A stretch of 32,000 bases of DNA from Trichodesmium erythraeum IMS101 (GTDB lineage Bacteria > Cyanobacteriota > Cyanobacteriia > Cyanobacteriales > Microcoleaceae), in the NCBI RefSeq assembly GCF_000014265.1, contig NC_008312.1:5190001-5222000 (forward strand). Reading direction: 5' to 3'. Below are positions 28,020 through 32,000 of this stretch, piece by piece. Position numbers and translations under genes: made by a program. Position 1 is the first letter of the stretch, and every line of letters begins with the position of its first letter. The notes beneath the pieces are model-generated. The model was not told where the DNA came from. It did no database searches and worked only from the letters and a program-made list of their open reading frames with translations.

Positions 28020-29663
28020 ATGAAACCAATAATTGGTACTACAGAGTCCGAAAAACTAATTGGTAGTCGAGATAGGGAAAAAATATTTGGCTTGGATGGT
28101 GATGACACCTTAGAAGGTCGTCAGGGTTTTGACCATCTCTTTGGCGGAGATGGTAATGATGTCTTAATAGGTGGTCAAGGTCGCGATCGCTTCAATGGGG
28201 GTAGAGGAAATGATACCCTCACTGGTAATGCCAGTAAAGACTTTTTTATCTTTGATGCTAAAGAAGATATTGATTTTCAGGCCCTTGGTGTCGATACAAT
28301 TACAGATTTTGTTCCCGATCAAGATACAATTATCCTTGCTAAAAGAAAATTTACAAAAATTTCCAGTGATGCTGGAAGTGGGTTTAGTATTGACAATGAA
28401 TTTGACACTGTGACCGATAATGCTGCAACTTCTGACGCTATAATTGTCTACGATAGCACGACTGGTCAGCTATTCTATAATGCTAATGGTAGTGAAGAAG
28501 GTTTTGGAGATGGCGGTCAATTTGCAATTCTTGAAAATCTACCAGACCTAAAAGCTGAAGACTTCAAATTAAGAGCTCATCCTACAGCAGAACCAGAACC
28601 AGAACCAGAACCAGAATTTGAAGTTTCTATCGACAAAGTTAGTGTAGTTGAAGGGGATGCCGGGACTACAGACGCAACTTTTACCGTTAATCTCAATGAT
28701 CCTAGTGAACAGACTATTGAAGTTGCTTATGATACAGACCCTAGTGGTATCTTTAAACTAGCAGTTGTTATACCTGATGAAGCTATAGCAGGGCAAGATT
28801 ATGAAGTTACCAGAGGTGTGTTAACATTTAATCCTGGTGAAACAACAAAAACTTTTACAGTACCTATTATTGGTGATACACAGCAAGAGTTAGATGAATT
28901 TTTCACTGTTTATCTACTGGACCCTACTACTATCAACACCGATAGTCCTAACATATTAACAACAACAAAAGGGATAATTGAAAATGATGATGCTGAGATT
29001 ACAAATAATGTAATTAAATTTACTCCCTCAAGTACAGAAGAAGAGATAAAAGCTCAAAATGGACCTAGTATTGAGCTCGTCGACGGCCAAACTATTTATA
29101 TTGGTACTTGGCAAAGAACGGTTAACAACCAAGATCCCATTATTGCTAGCTTCGATCCAATAAACCCCACTAATAACTGGGTGCGAACAGATTATGAAAC
29201 CACTGGAGCAGACGGTAGAGGTCGTGGTTTATTCTGGGATGGAGAGGACTTATATGCAGTTTTTAGCGTTGACGGTACTCAGGGAACTCCAGAACAGGAC
29301 TTTCGCCGTGCTGCTACTGATGCTGTACAGCCTTGGCTACGCAGTTATGGTCAAGGTGGTGGTGCAAGTGTAAGTGTTGTTGCCAGGATAGATATAGATG
29401 ATTTAACTAACCCAGGAGAAATGACAGATGCAGCATATTTTACAGCACTTTTGAGCAATGGTAATAGTAATACATTGAAAGTTACTGATCTATCTATTAA
29501 TTCTGATAATAATCTAATTGTAGAAGCTGACTCTTTCTTTTCACCGCGCAACCCTGATGGTAGTCGGATTGAAATACCATCTGGTTTGTCTTCACCATTT
29601 GATTATAGATTAGTAATTACACCTGACTTAAATGAAGTTCTTGACAGTGAAGTTATTTTTTAG
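28020..29663 (+). CDS. Ca2+-binding RTX-repeat / Calx-beta domain protein with an unassigned C-terminal domain
   Basis: N-terminal GG.G.D nonapeptides (GGDGNDVLIGGQGRDRFNGGRGNDTLTG), a VDTITDF...LFYNANG...FAIL...EDFKL module, a (PE)n linker, and a Calx-beta signature (VVEGDAGTTDATFTV...AGQDYEV..GVLTFNPGETTKTFTVPIIGD...DEFF). Confidence 0.85.
   Translation: MKPIIGTTESEKLIGSRDREKIFGLDGDDTLEGRQGFDHLFGGDGNDVLIGGQGRDRFNGGRGNDTLTGNASKDFFIFDAKEDIDFQALGVDTITDFVPDQDTIILAKRKFTKISSDAGSGFSIDNEFDTVTDNAATSDAIIVYDSTTGQLFYNANGSEEGFGDGGQFAILENLPDLKAEDFKLRAHPTAEPEPEPEPEFEVSIDKVSVVEGDAGTTDATFTVNLNDPSEQTIEVAYDTDPSGIFKLAVVIPDEAIAGQDYEVTRGVLTFNPGETTKTFTVPIIGDTQQELDEFFTVYLLDPTTINTDSPNILTTTKGIIENDDAEITNNVIKFTPSSTEEEIKAQNGPSIELVDGQTIYIGTWQRTVNNQDPIIASFDPINPTNNWVRTDYETTGADGRGRGLFWDGEDLYAVFSVDGTQGTPEQDFRRAATDAVQPWLRSYGQGGGASVSVVARIDIDDLTNPGEMTDAAYFTALLSNGNSNTLKVTDLSINSDNNLIVEADSFFSPRNPDGSRIEIPSGLSSPFDYRLVITPDLNEVLDSEVIF
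28588..28616 (+). repeat. Hexanucleotide microsatellite (CAGAAC) x4.8 encoding the PEPEPEPEPE linker
   Basis: Read directly from the sequence: cagaac cagaac cagaac cagaac cagaa. Confidence 0.95.
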
Positions 29664-30010
29664 GAGCTAAAAAAAATTAGATTTAGCACTACAAATTTAT
29701 GACAGAGATATTGGCAAATTATGTTTGCGAATTGTACAGGAAAAAGCTCGGTTATAGATAAATTTTACCTTTTTATTTTCCCCTAGTGCTATATCTCTGA
29801 ACCAAGAATATGGGAAAGTTCGACGTAACTTTCCTGCAAAATATTTAATAACTTTTTCTATCTAAAAAAACAAATTATCAATTAATAGTAAATATAGAAA
29901 TATTGCCTAATGTCAACACCATCACCCCATCAAGGTTGGAATATTACCGAAGTACTGAAGAAGTTTATTTTCTCCACGATAATTTTGTACTGTTATTTAT
30001 ATCAAAAAAA

Positions 30011-30760
30011 TTAATTATTTAACAAACCATATTTTGTGAAAAAAGACTCAATATTTTTACTATAACCAAATTCTCCATGACTACCTCTTAAAATAGTTAA
30101 TAATTAATTCAGTGCATTAGCTTGATTAAGTAATTTGTAAAATCTTACTGCATAGTTATATGGCACAATTAAATTAGTATCGCCATGAACAGTAAAAATA
30201 GGTAGTAGTTGAGAATGTACATAATGAATTGGAGAAACACGCTCTGCCATTTCTAAGCGATCGCTCTAGTTTCCCATCCACTTCAGACCATAATTTTAAA
30301 CATTTGTTCCTTGCAGCAAATTTTTGATATCAGTAATACCAAAGCAATTAACAATTCCAGCTACTTTGAATTTATCATCACCAGAGCAATAATAGTCAAA
30401 ACCAGCAGCAGCAGAAAATATACCTGTTGTCGTCCCCAAATGAATGCCAGTAGAAAACCTACTGACAACAATTTTTTCCACATTGAAATTATATTGTTGA
30501 GCATTCCTTATTGCCCAACCTAAAGCACACTGAGAGCCTGCCACTGCTCCAGGTGCTAGGGACTGTGCTACCAAACAATATCCCACAAAAATACAACCGA
30601 AAAACCCATTTTCAAATATGGCAATAAAAAAAATAGCTCCACTTCTTTGGGACGGTATAACCAACCCCCACCATGAATAAAAATTACTATTGGTTCTGGT
30701 TTAGTTACAAGAGTCTGATAAATGTCTAATTTCAGACTGTATTAAAAGTCAAAGATTTAA
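30011..30760 (-). pseudogene. Alpha/beta-hydrolase (esterase/lipase, HGGG-type) pseudogene
   Basis: The minus strand reads LKLDIYQTLVTKPEPIVIFIHGGGW in one frame. It then shifts into ORF 30296-30664 (..ALGWAIRNAQQYNFNVEKIVVSRFSTGIHLG, with a degraded GxSxG elbow). It continues through in-frame stops at 30296-30298, 30266-30268 and 30104-30106 into AERVSPIHYVHSQLLPIFTVHGDTNLIVPYNYAVRFYKLL and LRGSHGEF. Confidence 0.75.
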
Positions 30761-31534
30761 TATTTTTGTGAATCTTATAGTTATTCAAAAATACCAGTAT
30801 TTAAGAAACAGATTTTTACAGTAAATTTCAAATATTAATCAGGAAAAATTTAACCTAACAAATACTTTTTTATATCATGTTATAAAGAGTTTTTTTATAT
30901 TTTACTTACTCTCAATTGATGGTTTTTATATATGTTTATGTTAATATCTTTATGTCAATATTTTCCCTAAATATTCTATCTATTCTGAATGATAATAACA
31001 GTCTAATTAACTAGAAAAATTGAAATTTTTAACAGCTTGCTTCAGCTATTTATACTAATTAGCTACAGAGAAATTACTCCTGCACATTCCCCAGAAAGGA
31101 ATCTTATATTTGTATAGCTTAAATCTATTAATATGAATTGAAATATAGTGAATCCTTTATAGAGTTTTAATCAACAAATTTATAGTATTTTTCAGCAAAT
31201 TTAGAACACACTGCTAAAAAACAAAAATCCTTGTAAAGACTTTTTTAGAATCTTCCATACCATGATCTACTAATTATAGAAATCGCTACAATTTTCCGTA
31301 CATCTTGAGAAAAATATTTGTATTTTTTCACCTCAGGGTTTGGAAACTAAACCCTACTACCTCCGTAATCCTTAAACTCATTAAATATTATATATTGACG
31401 GGACTGAACCATAACTACCATATATAATAATAAATCCTACAAATGGTATATAGTTTCATATATGTACCTAAGTCCTGATTCAGTTTATTAACAATCTCTA
31501 GTAACCATAAATAACAATTCAATAAATAACTACC

Positions 31535-32000
31535 ATGCAAATTCCAACAAATCATACTTATCTATCTAAAACACTCCGCAACCGACGAGAAAAATTAGCA
31601 AAATTAATTGATTTTCCAACAATACTTTGGTCAGGTAGTTCTAGTTCCCGCAACTTTCCAGCTAATACTTTTCCCTTCCGTCCTAGCAGTCATTTTCTTT
31701 ATTTTGCTGGGCTACCTATTGAAGATGCTGCTATCCGTTTAGAAGGAGGAAAATTAGAACTATTTATGGATAATCTATCCCCAAGTAATTTACTTTGGCA
31801 TGGAGAAATACCAACACGCGATCGCCTCGCCGAAATTATAGGTGCTGATGCTGCTTTTCCGATTAAAGAATTAAAAGATTATGCCGCAAATGCAGCAACT
31901 ATTTATGTACAAAATCCCACTACTAAAATCACACAATGTCAGATTTTAAATCGCGATATTTTTCCTTCTAAGAAACACCAAAAAATTGACTTAGAATTAA
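31535..32000 (+). CDS. pepP: Xaa-Pro aminopeptidase (M24 family), N-terminal part; 3' end lies beyond the window
   Basis: Open frame from the ATG at 31535 to the window end (155 codons, absent from the ORF track because it has no stop). NFPANTFPFRPSSHFLYFAG matches the aminopeptidase-P N-terminal domain pattern (..F.YRQ.S.F.YLTG). Confidence 0.7.
   Translation, partial: MQIPTNHTYLSKTLRNRREKLAKLIDFPTILWSGSSSSRNFPANTFPFRPSSHFLYFAGLPIEDAAIRLEGGKLELFMDNLSPSNLLWHGEIPTRDRLAEIIGADAAFPIKELKDYAANAATIYVQNPTTKITQCQILNRDIFPSKKHQKIDLEL

Noticed and set aside
29813-29834. Perfect 8-bp hairpin GGAAAGTT-cgacgt-AACTTTCC about 150 nt downstream of the RTX gene.
   Set aside because: No adjoining T-tract exists on either strand, and it is too far from the stop to call a terminator. 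It may be part of eroded sequence.
8284-30523. Other short track ORFs: 8284-8481 (-), 16266-16484 (+), 21752-21940 (-), 22468-22656 (-), 24218-24427 (-), 24838-25020 (+), 25780-25974 (-), 28171-28413 (+), 29351-29551 (-), 30311-30523 (+).
   Set aside because: All are nested within longer motif-bearing genes or within the hydrolase pseudogene. No independent evidence supports them.

Overview
AT-rich cyanobacterial chromosomal DNA. Evidence: 13 HIP1 palindromes (GCGATCGC), the atpB/atpE pair, cp12, ccmP, a FurA-type regulator, nfu, and protein sequences that look Nostocales-like. The exact organism cannot be determined from this window. I support about 25 protein-coding genes, two of them cut by the window edges. 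By my own sum of feature lengths, coding density is only about three quarters. I also see two decayed genes (an IS630-like transposase fragment and an alpha/beta-hydrolase pseudogene), one MITE-like element and several long ORF-free AT-rich tracts, which suggests some genome erosion. I found no rRNA, tRNA, CRISPR array, recognisable defence island, toxin-antitoxin pair or classical biosynthetic cluster. The best candidate for something undescribed is a co-directional minus-strand cluster at 14.3-18.5 kb. It holds a membrane-anchored pentapeptide-repeat protein whose kinase domain has lost both catalytic aspartates (HGN and NFG replace HRD and DFG). This is followed by a head-to-tail duplicated TauD/TfdA-like Fe(II)/2-oxoglutarate dioxygenase gene. 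Both copies carry an unusual embedded hydrophobic helix and diverge in a mosaic pattern. Secondary points: (1) furA overlaps tail-to-tail with an 873-aa acidic-protein gene, implying antisense transcription, and its product lacks the second CXXC/Cys-Pro motif. (2) Six AGTCAT/ATGACT half-sites cluster upstream of a DUF4212-symporter pair. (3) An RTX/Calx-beta protein has an unassigned C-terminal domain. (4) An ABC ATPase has no adjacent permease. All family calls come from motif recognition by eye and memory. No database search or alignment program was run.
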